This document shows, in pieces, positions 55,618 through 64,000 of a stretch of DNA of 64,000 bases. The translations under genes were made by a program, and so were the position numbers. The DNA is from Patescibacteria group bacterium (GTDB taxonomy: Bacteria > Patescibacteriota > UBA1384 > XYA2-FULL-43-10 > 1-14-0-10-43-13): assembly GCA_041674765.1 (NCBI GenBank), contig JBAYVE010000003.1, positions 2,040 through 66,039 on the forward strand, given 5' to 3'. Position 1 is the stretch's first letter. The number at the start of each line of letters is the position of its first letter. The notes below the pieces were generated by a model, which was not told the origin of the DNA, did no database searches, and was given only the letters and a program-made list of their open reading frames with translations.

Positions 55618-57870
55618 CTAGCTTCTTAATTTTGCTTTGAATTTATCTTCTATCTCTTTGACTATTTTATCAATTATGCTATCTGCCTCAGTATCTGTCA
55701 TCGTTCGATCAAGTGATTGAAGGTAGATATGAAAGGCTACATTTTTCTTGCCTTTACCGAATTTGTCAGAAGCAAATTCGTCAAATAATTCAACCCTGTT
55801 AACCAGCTCCGAGACTTCATAGAGCTTATCGGCAATAATATTGGCATCCTTTTCCTTATCGACTATAAATGCCAAGTCTCTGGTAATTGATGGATATTTG
55901 GATATCGGCCTGTAGCAGCTTTTTTTAGCAGTCTTGATCAATTCCAGGTCAGAGTTTTCGAAGGAAGCTAGCGAGAGAAGGTCATTAATGGCCAGTTCGA
56001 TAACGAAACATTCGGATTTGCGGATTTTATAGATATCTAGCACTTCACGATCTATCTTATCAATATTTTGATTAAAATCTACGCCCAATACTGTTTTTAG
56101 GCTTGATACAGCTTCCTCCATCGACTTCTGACTACTCTTTCCGGCAGTAATAATGGATAGCGTCGTCTTTTCTTCAATGCCAGAAAAGACGTGTCCGATT
56201 TCAAATAAACTAATCGGATCAAAGGTCGGGTTCTTCGCGATGTCCTTCAAAAGTCCAGGGACAAGCGAATTTCTTAAATATTTATTTTCAGGTTGGAGAG
56301 GATTTGCAACTTCCAAAAGTATTTCTTTGTTGATTTTTGCGAGATTGGTTTCCTTCTCTGAAAGAAAAATGTAGTTGATAACCTCAGAAAAACCAAGATT
56401 TACAAGAAGGTCCTTGATATATTCTTTTTTGTAATAGATTGTTTTTTTGGGGACGCGACTTTCAGGTAATTTACGATCGTTGAGCTTGCTGTAACCATAA
56501 ATTCGGCCGATCTCTTCAGCTAAATCTTCAGTGATTTCGATGTCATGCCGCCATAAAGGCGCTACAACGCTTTTATTCTTACTCTCAAAGCCCAACTGGG
56601 AAAGGATTCCAACCATTTCCGCTTCTGAAATTTCGGCTCCAAGAATACCATTTATCTTACTGCACTCGAGAGGAATCAGTTTCGGCTCGAACTTTCTGCT
56701 TTGTCCGGTAATCTTGGCTACTATTTCGCCGCCGGCAGCTTCTACGATGAGGTTTGCAGCCTTCTTGAGTGCATTGGCTACGTTGCCCGAGTCGATACCA
56801 CGTTCGAAACGATAGCTGGCATCACTATTTAAATTTAAGAGTTTTGTCGATCTTTTGATCGATTTGGCATCAAATTCAGCAGCTTCTAATATGATATCGA
56901 CGGTATCAATATCAATTTCTGAATTGGCTCCGCCCATTATGCCGGCAATGGCGATCGGTCCTGCAGTGTCGGCGATCACGAGATTGGCGGGGGATATTTT
57001 CCGCACTGCGCCATCCAATGTTTTGATTTCTTCGTTTTCTCTGCCGTTGCGGATTATGATTTTTCCGTCAGTTACCTTTTTTGCATCAAACGCGTGGAGA
57101 GGTTGACCCAAATCAAGCATAATATAATTTGTAACGTCGACAATATTGTTGATCGATTTTTGCCCAAGCCGTTCCAGTCTATCTCTGAGCCACTTCGGTG
57201 AATCACCGGTCTTTATGCCCTCGATCTTCAAAACATAGTATTGAGGGCAAAGTTCTTGATTCTCTACTTCGATTTCGACACCTTTTCCACTTTTTTCTTT
57301 GATTGAATATCGAACAGATTCCAGTCCCCTGTCGACGATGGCTGCAAGATCACGGGCAAAGCCAAGATGAGAAAGAATATCTCCTCTATTCGGTGTTACA
57401 TCTATATCGAATATGGTGTCTGACTCCAGGATTTCGTTTACCTTGCGGCCTACGGCTTCATTTTCGGAAAGAATAATGATGCCAGAATGGTCATCGCCTA
57501 TCCCCAATTCATCAAAAGCGCAGAGCATACCCTCTGACATCTCGCCCCTGATCTCACTTTCCTTAATAAGAAGACCACTTGAAAGGAGTGTGCCAGTCTT
57601 TGCAAGGGGAACTTTTTGACCAACTGCGATATTTGGGGCACCGCATACTATCTTCAATTTGTTTCTTCCATCGTTAATCTCTGCAATTTGCAGCCTATCA
57701 GCATTTGGGTGCTTTCTGATAGACAAAATCTCCGCTACTACAACGGTATCGGGAATTGTTTTTGTAAACTCATCGACGGGACAAGAAGAAGCAGTGAACT
57801 TTTCTGCTAGTTCCTCGTCGCTGATTTTTGTATCAATGTAATCTTTTAGCCAACTTTTTAATATTTTCAT
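55618..57870 (-). CDS. pheT: Phenylalanine--tRNA ligase beta subunit
   Basis: HPNADRL, VCGAPN, TPNRGD, DLAEEIGRIYG, FDX-ACB domain. Confidence 0.96.
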   Translation of the reverse strand: MKILKSWLKDYIDTKISDEELAEKFTASSCPVDEFTKTIPDTVVVAEILSIRKHPNADRLQIAEINDGRNKLKIVCGAPNIAVGQKVPLAKTGTLLSSGLLIKESEIRGEMSEGMLCAFDELGIGDDHSGIIILSENEAVGRKVNEILESDTIFDIDVTPNRGDILSHLGFARDLAAIVDRGLESVRYSIKEKSGKGVEIEVENQELCPQYYVLKIEGIKTGDSPKWLRDRLERLGQKSINNIVDVTNYIMLDLGQPLHAFDAKKVTDGKIIIRNGRENEEIKTLDGAVRKISPANLVIADTAGPIAIAGIMGGANSEIDIDTVDIILEAAEFDAKSIKRSTKLLNLNSDASYRFERGIDSGNVANALKKAANLIVEAAGGEIVAKITGQSRKFEPKLIPLECSKINGILGAEISEAEMVGILSQLGFESKNKSVVAPLWRHDIEITEDLAEEIGRIYGYSKLNDRKLPESRVPKKTIYYKKEYIKDLLVNLGFSEVINYIFLSEKETNLAKINKEILLEVANPLQPENKYLRNSLVPGLLKDIAKNPTFDPISLFEIGHVFSGIEEKTTLSIITAGKSSQKSMEEAVSSLKTVLGVDFNQNIDKIDREVLDIYKIRKSECFVIELAINDLLSLASFENSDLELIKTAKKSCYRPISKYPSITRDLAFIVDKEKDANIIADKLYEVSELVNRVELFDEFASDKFGKGKKNVAFHIYLQSLDRTMTDTEADSIIDKIVKEIEDKFKAKLRS

Positions 57871-57944
57871 AATCTTTCAATACTAATTGTGGATAGAGCA
57901 AATGCTGCATTAGCTTAATTAGCCTTTTTTGCCATTGGCATTAG

Positions 57945-58628
57945 TCAAAATTGTTTCAAAAATCGTAAGTCACCGGAACGGTAATGTCTTATGTCATCAA
58001 TAGAATATTTTAGTGCCACCATCCGGTCAATTCCAAGGCCAAATGCAAAACCTCTATAAAATTCCGGGTCTAAATTCATATTTCTAATAACATTTGGATG
58101 GACCATGCCGGCACCCAAAAGCTCCAACCACTTACCATTATATAGTACATCGACTTCAAAACTCGGCTCAGTGAAGGGAAAATAGCTTGGACGAAACCGG
58201 AGTTTCGTTTCCTCGCCATACAATTCTTTGAAAAAGATATTGAGCGTCCAGAACAAATGACCGACAGTTACATCTTTATCAATATATAAACCTTCCATTT
58301 GATAAATATTTGTTTCATGTTTGAAATCAGTCGCCTCGTTTCTATAAACTTGTCCCGGGAAGACGGCACGGATAGGCGGTTTTTTATTCTCAGCATACCG
58401 AACTTGGCCGTTTGAGGTATGGGTACGAAGCAATCTTTTATCCGTTAACCAGAAAGTATCTTGCATCTCTCGCGCAGGGTGATCAGATGGAAAATTCAAA
58501 GCATCAAAGTTGTACCAGACATTATCTACTTCCGGACCTTCATACACGTCGAAACCAAGCGCCTCAAAAATAGAGATAGCTTGCCTTAAAAATTGAGAAA
58601 TCGGATGCAAAGTGCCACTTTTAATCAT
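57945..58628 (-). CDS. pheS: Phenylalanine--tRNA ligase alpha subunit (lacks N-terminal coiled coil)
   Basis: HPAREMQDTF, LRTHTS, FRPSYFPFTEPS, FAFGLG. Confidence 0.95.
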   Translation of the reverse strand: MIKSGTLHPISQFLRQAISIFEALGFDVYEGPEVDNVWYNFDALNFPSDHPAREMQDTFWLTDKRLLRTHTSNGQVRYAENKKPPIRAVFPGQVYRNEATDFKHETNIYQMEGLYIDKDVTVGHLFWTLNIFFKELYGEETKLRFRPSYFPFTEPSFEVDVLYNGKWLELLGAGMVHPNVIRNMNLDPEFYRGFAFGLGIDRMVALKYSIDDIRHYRSGDLRFLKQF

Positions 58629-59008
58629 ATTTTCACCTGTTTCTTAGTTTGAAAAAATAATTCAAGCAAAACAACTACGATGATGACCGATGCGCCGATC
58701 ATCCAATCAAGAATTCTAAAACCCCGCAGCATCAGAATGGTGGTAAGGCCGGCGGAGAGAAGGAATGCTTGCCTTACAGATGGCCAAAAGTGATGAGTGT
58801 AGGTTTCAATTTTATTCGACTTTACTTTGAGTACAAAGATTATTAGAGCCAGAGTTCCTAATATCCCGGCAAAAAAAGAGGTATAGAAGTTTGCAAATTC
58901 AGAAAGGCCGGCTTTTTCAGGATTATAGTTGAAAATGTCTAGGATAACCGATGTTATACCAAAAACAGTAAAAGCAAAAAGGAAAAATAAATTTCGGGTC
59001 AGTTTCAT
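58625..59008 (-). CDS. Four-TM membrane protein
   Basis: Hydrophobic helices; SVRQAFLLS. Confidence 0.7.
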   Translation of the reverse strand: MKLTRNLFFLFAFTVFGITSVILDIFNYNPEKAGLSEFANFYTSFFAGILGTLALIIFVLKVKSNKIETYTHHFWPSVRQAFLLSAGLTTILMLRGFRILDWMIGASVIIVVVLLELFFQTKKQVKI

Positions 59009-59328
59009 TTCTTGATTTCCTCTAGGAGCTTATCAATTCGTTCCGCTTTTTCTTCGGTTTTATCGGCTACAAAGTAAAGACTTGGCACTCTGCGAGCCAC
59101 AATTCTCTTTGAAAGTACCATGCGGATATCCTTTGCTTGCAATTGGAACTCTTTGACTAGTCCGTCGATATCATTTACGGCGCTGACCCAAATTTTCGCG
59201 AATGACAGATCTTTTGAAACATGAACCTGTGTTAACGAAAAAAATCTGTCCGGAAATCTTTCCCGCAATTCGTTGGCCAATTCACGCGTGACTAACTCAT
59301 CAAATTTTTGCATTCGGTTGGTTACCAT
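59005..59328 (-). CDS. rbfA: Ribosome-binding factor A
   Basis: VHVSKDLSFAKIWVS...RRVPSLYF; start adjusted to MVTNR. Confidence 0.9.
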   Translation of the reverse strand: MVTNRMQKFDELVTRELANELRERFPDRFFSLTQVHVSKDLSFAKIWVSAVNDIDGLVKEFQLQAKDIRMVLSKRIVARRVPSLYFVADKTEEKAERIDKLLEEIKK

Positions 59329-59570
59329 AGACAGACTATAACACAAACTGCTTAATAATTCTATTCCATTTTTTGTATCTTTGTAGACTGACATGCAAAC
59401 TATCTATCAATTTGACGATGTTGACTAAGCTTTAAGTAATACCCGTGATGGTGCGACTGTGTTTGCCGGCTAAAGAACTCTATTACTATAACAATATTGA
59501 GACTACTCTTCCGGCAAAAATTAGTGTATAGATAACGCTTTTATCAAAAAAATAGCAATAGTTGTAACAC

Positions 59571-59598
59571 AAAAAACCTGCCGATGAGGCAGGTTTTT
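59571..59598. terminator. Terminator downstream of rpsI
   Basis: AAAAAACCTGCC-GATGA-GGCAGGTTTTT. Confidence 0.8.
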
Positions 59599-59671
59599 CT
59601 ATGAGTTTTAAATATACTGATAACTTTATATTTCGGGATAGATTCGAGCGCTCAGGATGACAGGGCAAGTG

Positions 59672-60058
59672 TTAGCGTTTTGCCCATTGAGGAGCTCTGC
59701 GTGCGCCACGAAGACCCGGCTTCTTTCTTTCTTTTTCACGAGGATCACGGGTCAAAAAGCCAGCTTTTTTCAAAGATGTGCGGAATTCAGGATCAAACTT
59801 CTCCAAGGCTCTGGAAATTCCAAGTCGAATTGCATCTGATTGACTCTCCTTACCACCGCCAAGCACTTTGGCAATAACACCAAAACTACCTTTTTTACCG
59901 ACGAGCTCAAATGGTGTAACTGTTGCGTCATCTAACTCAACTTTTGAGCCGTTTATTTCAGAGGTTTTTAGGCCTAAGAAAATCTTAACAACAGCAACAG
60001 CAGTCTTTCTTCTGCCTACGCCCAACCAATATTCTTTTTTGGAGTCTTTTTCAGTCAT
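59672..60058 (-). CDS. rpsI: 30S ribosomal protein S9
   Basis: GRRKTA...ERKKPGLRGARRAPQWAKR. Confidence 0.97.
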   Translation of the reverse strand: MTEKDSKKEYWLGVGRRKTAVAVVKIFLGLKTSEINGSKVELDDATVTPFELVGKKGSFGVIAKVLGGGKESQSDAIRLGISRALEKFDPEFRTSLKKAGFLTRDPREKERKKPGLRGARRAPQWAKR

Positions 60059-60063
60059 ATGGA

Positions 60064-60474
60064 TTAGCCTTGATTTTTAAATTTAATGTTTTGGTGAGGA
60101 TGCTCGGAACCAGAATAAACCTTTAGCCTGGATAAAAATTGGTCTCTTAGCTTATTGGAAGGAAGCATCCCTGTTACTGCATGCTTTAAAATTTCGCCTG
60201 GTTTGCTCTTTTTTAGCTCAGGAACAGTAAATGTTTTGAGATTGCCAAGATAGCCGGTGTGTTTATAATAGCGCTTCTGGTCTTCTTTACGGCCCGTCAA
60301 AATGAATTTATCGGCGTTTAGCACAACAACATAATCACCGTTATCAGCATTGTTGCTGAAATTTGGTTTGTTTTTACCTCGAAGAATATCTGCAATTTCA
60401 GTGCAGGCACGCCCGAGGACTCTGTCCTTCAGGTCTATTATATACCAATCTTTATTTTCACTCGATGTTTGCAT
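60064..60474 (-). CDS. rplM: 50S ribosomal protein L13
   Basis: LGR...LRGKNKP...GMLP. Confidence 0.96.
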   Translation of the reverse strand: MQTSSENKDWYIIDLKDRVLGRACTEIADILRGKNKPNFSNNADNGDYVVVLNADKFILTGRKEDQKRYYKHTGYLGNLKTFTVPELKKSKPGEILKHAVTGMLPSNKLRDQFLSRLKVYSGSEHPHQNIKFKNQG

Positions 60475-60482
60475 TCTGTACC

Positions 60483-60920
60483 TTATTTAGTATTTTCTTC
60501 CTTGTTTTTTTGAGGCTTTGTTGTTTCTTCTGCTTTAACATTTTTGCTTTTGTCTTCCTTGGACTCATCGACGAATACTTTCTTGTCGATTAGTTCTAGG
60601 CGCATCATTTCTGAATTGTCGCCCAGTCTGTTCTTTAGATGGTAGCTTTTGATAAAGCCGCTATTTCTCGTTGTATATCGGGGAACTAGCTCTTTGATAA
60701 TTTTATCTACTGCATTTTTATCGAAGAATATCTTGTGAAGCTTCCGAATAGCATTTAAGTCGCCTTTTTTGGATCTTGCTATGACACGTTCAACATAACT
60801 CTTGATTTCTTTTGCTTTTGGCATTGTTGTATCAATAGTTTCATATAACACCAATGAAGTAGCCAAGTTTCTTAGCATATGTTCACGATGAGCTTTTTTT
60901 CTGCCGAATTTACGATTCAT
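60483..60920 (-). CDS. rplQ: 50S ribosomal protein L17
   Basis: RKFGR...LRNLATSL...RLGDN. Confidence 0.96.
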   Translation of the reverse strand: MNRKFGRKKAHREHMLRNLATSLVLYETIDTTMPKAKEIKSYVERVIARSKKGDLNAIRKLHKIFFDKNAVDKIIKELVPRYTTRNSGFIKSYHLKNRLGDNSEMMRLELIDKKVFVDESKEDKSKNVKAEETTKPQKNKEENTK

Positions 60921-60922
60921 TA

Positions 60923-61864
60923 CTAACCTATAATTGCTTTAATTTCATCAATTCCCTTTTTTCCCAAACCTTTGATCTCTTCAATCTTCAAAGGGGTCAG
61001 TCTCTTTAATCCCCCTATTGTCTTTATGCCTGAATTTAAAAGGGCGTTCATTGTCCTGGAAGAAAGGTTTAAATCTTCAACCTTTGTTTTGTTGCCCAAG
61101 TCTTCTTCGACAGCTGCTTCTGAAGTATCACCTTCATCATCGGACTGACTATCACTAACTTCGACTTCTGAGGTATCGCCCTCGATATCTTGACCAATAA
61201 ATGACTGAAAATGTTCAACCAAGACTGCTGAGGCCTCGTCCAAAGCTTCTTTTGGAGTAATGGTGCCGTTTGTATAAACATCAAGGGTCAATTTATCATA
61301 GTTGGTCATCTGTCCGACTCGAGTGTCCTCGATAGCGATTGAAACTCTCTCAACAGGAGAAAACATTGTATCGACTGCAATGCGGCCGATCTCGTTTTTA
61401 TCGCCGGTAGCTACGCTGACTGATTTAAAACCACGTCCTTTTTCGACGGTAACTTCCATATAGAAATCAGCACCTTTGTCCAAAGTGATGATATGAACTT
61501 CGGGATTAGTAATCTCAACGTTACTGTTAGCCTTGAAATCCTTGGCGGTAACTTCGGAAGGGCCTTTCTTCGAAAGCTCAAGAACAACAGGCTCGTCAGA
61601 GAATGATTTGAATGAAATTCCCTTAAGATTCATCATTAATTCGACGACATCTTCTTTGGCATGAGGAATAGCTGTAAATTCATGACTGACACCCTCAATT
61701 TTGAATGAAGTAGCAGATGTACCAGTGATTGATGACAATAAAACTCTTCTCAAAGAGTTGCCTATTGTTGCGCCATATCCTGGATAAAGCGGCTCGATGA
61801 CAAATTTGGAGTGCTTGCTATCGATCTTCTCTTCTATAGTTTTGGGAAGCCCAATTTTTTCCAT
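60923..61864 (-). CDS. rpoA: RNA polymerase alpha subunit
   Basis: EPLYPGYGATIGNSLRRVLLSS. Confidence 0.97.
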   Translation of the reverse strand: MEKIGLPKTIEEKIDSKHSKFVIEPLYPGYGATIGNSLRRVLLSSITGTSATSFKIEGVSHEFTAIPHAKEDVVELMMNLKGISFKSFSDEPVVLELSKKGPSEVTAKDFKANSNVEITNPEVHIITLDKGADFYMEVTVEKGRGFKSVSVATGDKNEIGRIAVDTMFSPVERVSIAIEDTRVGQMTNYDKLTLDVYTNGTITPKEALDEASAVLVEHFQSFIGQDIEGDTSEVEVSDSQSDDEGDTSEAAVEEDLGNKTKVEDLNLSSRTMNALLNSGIKTIGGLKRLTPLKIEEIKGLGKKGIDEIKAIIG

Positions 61865-61878
61865 ATAACTCCTTAAAA

Positions 61879-62472
61879 TTATCGAGAATAGAACTCAATT
61901 ATTAAACTTGCATTAACTTGTGTGTCAATTTCATCTTTCGTTGGAAGATGAAGAACCTCGCCAGATACTTTCTTTTGATCCATTTCAACCCATGAAAGTG
62001 ATTTATTAAGGTCAACTTCTTGGAACTTCTCAGGTTTCTTTGGAGAAATGATGGATCCTGGTTTGACCTGGTATGAAGCAATAGTAACTTTGTGACCGTT
62101 TACAGTAAATAAACCATGTGAGACATATTGTCTTGATTCTGATCTGGAAGAAGCATATCCCATTCGAAAAACAACATTATCGAGTCTTGATTCAAGCAAG
62201 ATAAGCAAGTTCTCGATACTATCGCCGGCCATTTCGGATGATTTCTTGGCATAGTTGCGAAATTGAGATTCGCTAATTCCATACATTCTTCTTGCTTTTT
62301 GCTTTTCACGAAGCTGCCGTCCGTATTCACTCATCTTACTTCTAAAACCCTGACCATGTTCCCCAGGGGCATATGATCGTCTGACTACGGAACATTTTGC
62401 AGACAAACAACGCTCACCTTTCAAGAGGAGCTTTTCACCTTCGCGTCTGCATTTTTTACAAGCTTTTAACAT
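61879..62472 (-). CDS. rpsD: 30S ribosomal protein S4 (Zn-ribbon type)
   Basis: CKKCRREG, LESRLDN, IEFYSR. Confidence 0.97.
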   Translation of the reverse strand: MLKACKKCRREGEKLLLKGERCLSAKCSVVRRSYAPGEHGQGFRSKMSEYGRQLREKQKARRMYGISESQFRNYAKKSSEMAGDSIENLLILLESRLDNVVFRMGYASSRSESRQYVSHGLFTVNGHKVTIASYQVKPGSIISPKKPEKFQEVDLNKSLSWVEMDQKKVSGEVLHLPTKDEIDTQVNASLIIEFYSR

Positions 62473-62515
62473 GATATGTTGTCCTAATTCCTAATGTTCT
62501 TATATTTAAACTGTT

Positions 62516-62923
62516 TTAGACTCTACGAGCTTTTTTCGGCCGACATCCATTGTGAGCAAGAGGGGTAACATCTTTGATAATTCCTGCTTCTATGCTGGTA
62601 TTGCCGAGTGCTCTGACAGCAGCATCTCTGCCTGGACCGACACCTGACACATAAATATTCGCCTTGTTAAAACCACGCATTTTTGCTTTCTCAACAACGG
62701 CAGCAACAGCAAGCTGAGCAGCATAAGGCGTTGACTTCTTGGCCCCCTTGAAGCCCAGAGCGCCAGCCGAAGATTGGGCTATTGATCCGCCTTTGTCATC
62801 GGTGATGGTAATAATCGTGTTGTTGAAAGTTGATTGAATATAAATGCTGCCTGAATGAACAGGGGTTTTCGCGCGTTTTTTAACAATCTTTTTCTTGTCA
62901 GTTTTTGCTGCTTGTTTGGCCAT
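62516..62923 (-). CDS. rpsK: 30S ribosomal protein S11
   Basis: STFNNT, KSTPYAA, HNGCRP. Confidence 0.97.
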   Translation of the reverse strand: MAKQAAKTDKKKIVKKRAKTPVHSGSIYIQSTFNNTIITITDDKGGSIAQSSAGALGFKGAKKSTPYAAQLAVAAVVEKAKMRGFNKANIYVSGVGPGRDAAVRALGNTSIEAGIIKDVTPLAHNGCRPKKARRV

Positions 62924-62957
62924 AATTTCGTATTGAAGTATTTAAATATTATGCGAT

Positions 62958-63341
62958 TTATTTTTTATCAAGACTTCTGCGTCCGGAGCCGACAGTTACC
63001 TTCTTGCCTCTTTTTGTGCGGGCGTTTGTTTTTGTGCGTTGACCATGCACAGGCAATCCTTTGGTATGACGGACTCCTCTGTATGTATTGATGTCCTTCA
63101 GTCTTTTGATATTTTGAGAAACTTCCGAACGAAGATCACCTTCGACCTTGAAGGTCTTTCCAATGAATTGTCTAATCTTCTCGGCGTCACTTTCGTCTAA
63201 GTCTTTGGCTCTAGTGTTTGGATCAATCTTCAACTCGGCCAAAATTTTCTGGCTTCGTGAAAGGCCTACGCCAAAAAGGTAGGTTAACGCGATTTCTATT
63301 CTTTTTTCATTCGGTAGATTGATACCTGCGATACGAGCCAT
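62958..63341 (-). CDS. rpsM: 30S ribosomal protein S13
   Basis: MARIAG...[11 protein letters not shown]. Confidence 0.97.
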   Translation of the reverse strand: MARIAGINLPNEKRIEIALTYLFGVGLSRSQKILAELKIDPNTRAKDLDESDAEKIRQFIGKTFKVEGDLRSEVSQNIKRLKDINTYRGVRHTKGLPVHGQRTKTNARTKRGKKVTVGSGRRSLDKK

Positions 63342-63396
63342 TATCTTCTCCGGTTTGTATATTTATGCTAATAACTAATGAAATAGGCTGACTTGA

Positions 63397-63543
63397 TTAG
63401 CCCTGTCTCTGTTTGTGCTTTGGATTCTCGCATAGAACAAAAAGTCGGCGCTTAGTACCGGTTCGAGAGGATTTACCTTTCTTACTTCGGATAACCACCT
63501 TGCATTTATCACATATTTTCTTGACTGAAGCCTGAACTTTCAT
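63397..63543 (-). CDS. rpmJ: 50S ribosomal protein L36 (48 aa with insertion; not in ORF track)
   Basis: [48 protein letters not shown]. Confidence 0.93.
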   Translation of the reverse strand: MKVQASVKKICDKCKVVIRSKKGKSSRTGTKRRLFVLCENPKHKQRQG

Positions 63544-63594
63544 TGAATAACAACCTCTAATAGTTAACAAATAAAAACGCCCCTTATTTCGATC

Positions 63595-63837
63595 TTACGC
63601 GGCTTTCGGATTTTGGGGCTGATTGAATCTTCGTATGACTCTCCCCTTGGCCAGATCGTAAGGTGTCAGCTCTACAAGGACGCTATCACCCTGTGTTACT
63701 GAGATCCGGTGTTGTTTCATTTTACCGGAAAGATAACCAAGGACGATATGACCATTTTCAAGCTGGACACGATATTTGGAGTCAGGCAAAACTTCAATTA
63801 CTTTGCCGGTAATTTCGATAACGTCGTTTTTTGTCAT
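63595..63837 (-). CDS. infA: Translation initiation factor IF-1
   Basis: LENGH...SGKM...VELTPYDL; start at MTKND. Confidence 0.96.
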   Translation of the reverse strand: MTKNDVIEITGKVIEVLPDSKYRVQLENGHIVLGYLSGKMKQHRISVTQGDSVLVELTPYDLAKGRVIRRFNQPQNPKAA

Positions 63838-64000
63838 ATTTACATTATTAAATTTAACATAATTCACTGTCCAAGTCAACACTTTCAGCTAAAGACATAA
63901 TGGCAGGACGAGAAGCATAGATGATAGAAGGTGACGGAGGTTTTTGACAATGTCATATCCACTCTAATGATACTCAACTATTTGTTACAACTAGCGGTTT

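Noticed and set aside
1-64000. Alternative genetic code (UGA = Gly)
   Set aside because: Conserved genes are intact under code 11 and several end in UGA

Overview
The window looks like a Patescibacteria (CPR) chromosome; this is inferred from the short PheS, GAD-less AspS, Nudix-fused LeuRS and the rpoA-rplQ-rplM-rpsI gene order. Positions ~1-45316 form the right-hand part of an integrative conjugative element (ICE). Its backbone has the 5' end of a serine recombinase missed by the ORF track, a minimal T4SS (pilin, VirB6-like, PrgI, VirB4, M23 peptidase), a replication-relaxation protein and a VirD4 coupling protein. It ends at a tRNA-Ala/tmRNA-like 3' remnant (AGGTCCACCA plus terminator) that appears to carry the missing C-terminal tail of the recombinase. 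The ICE has two cargo blocks. Block 1 (7.9-17.6 kb) is the top finding: a candidate undescribed RiPP system with an unannotated 24-aa precursor (MKSIFKAKVKSLVEKPIAYNCRRG, 10751-10825) between a divergent arginase-family gene and two radical SAM/SPASM maturases, flanked by an alpha-oxoamine synthase, an S66 (MccF-like) peptidase, an ABC-F and a GNAT. Block 2 (24-45 kb) is a defence island: GmrSD, SNF2-Mod-Res type III RM, a helicase-nuclease, HEPN/NERD/PLD-like genes and a structured attenuator-like leader RNA. Positions 45.4-64 kb are mostly housekeeping genes (leuS, rpmF, nusB, rnc, aspS, pheST, rbfA, ribosomal alpha operon) interspersed with palindromic and 7/8-mer repeats, some inserted in frame. 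All calls come from motif reading; no database searches were run.
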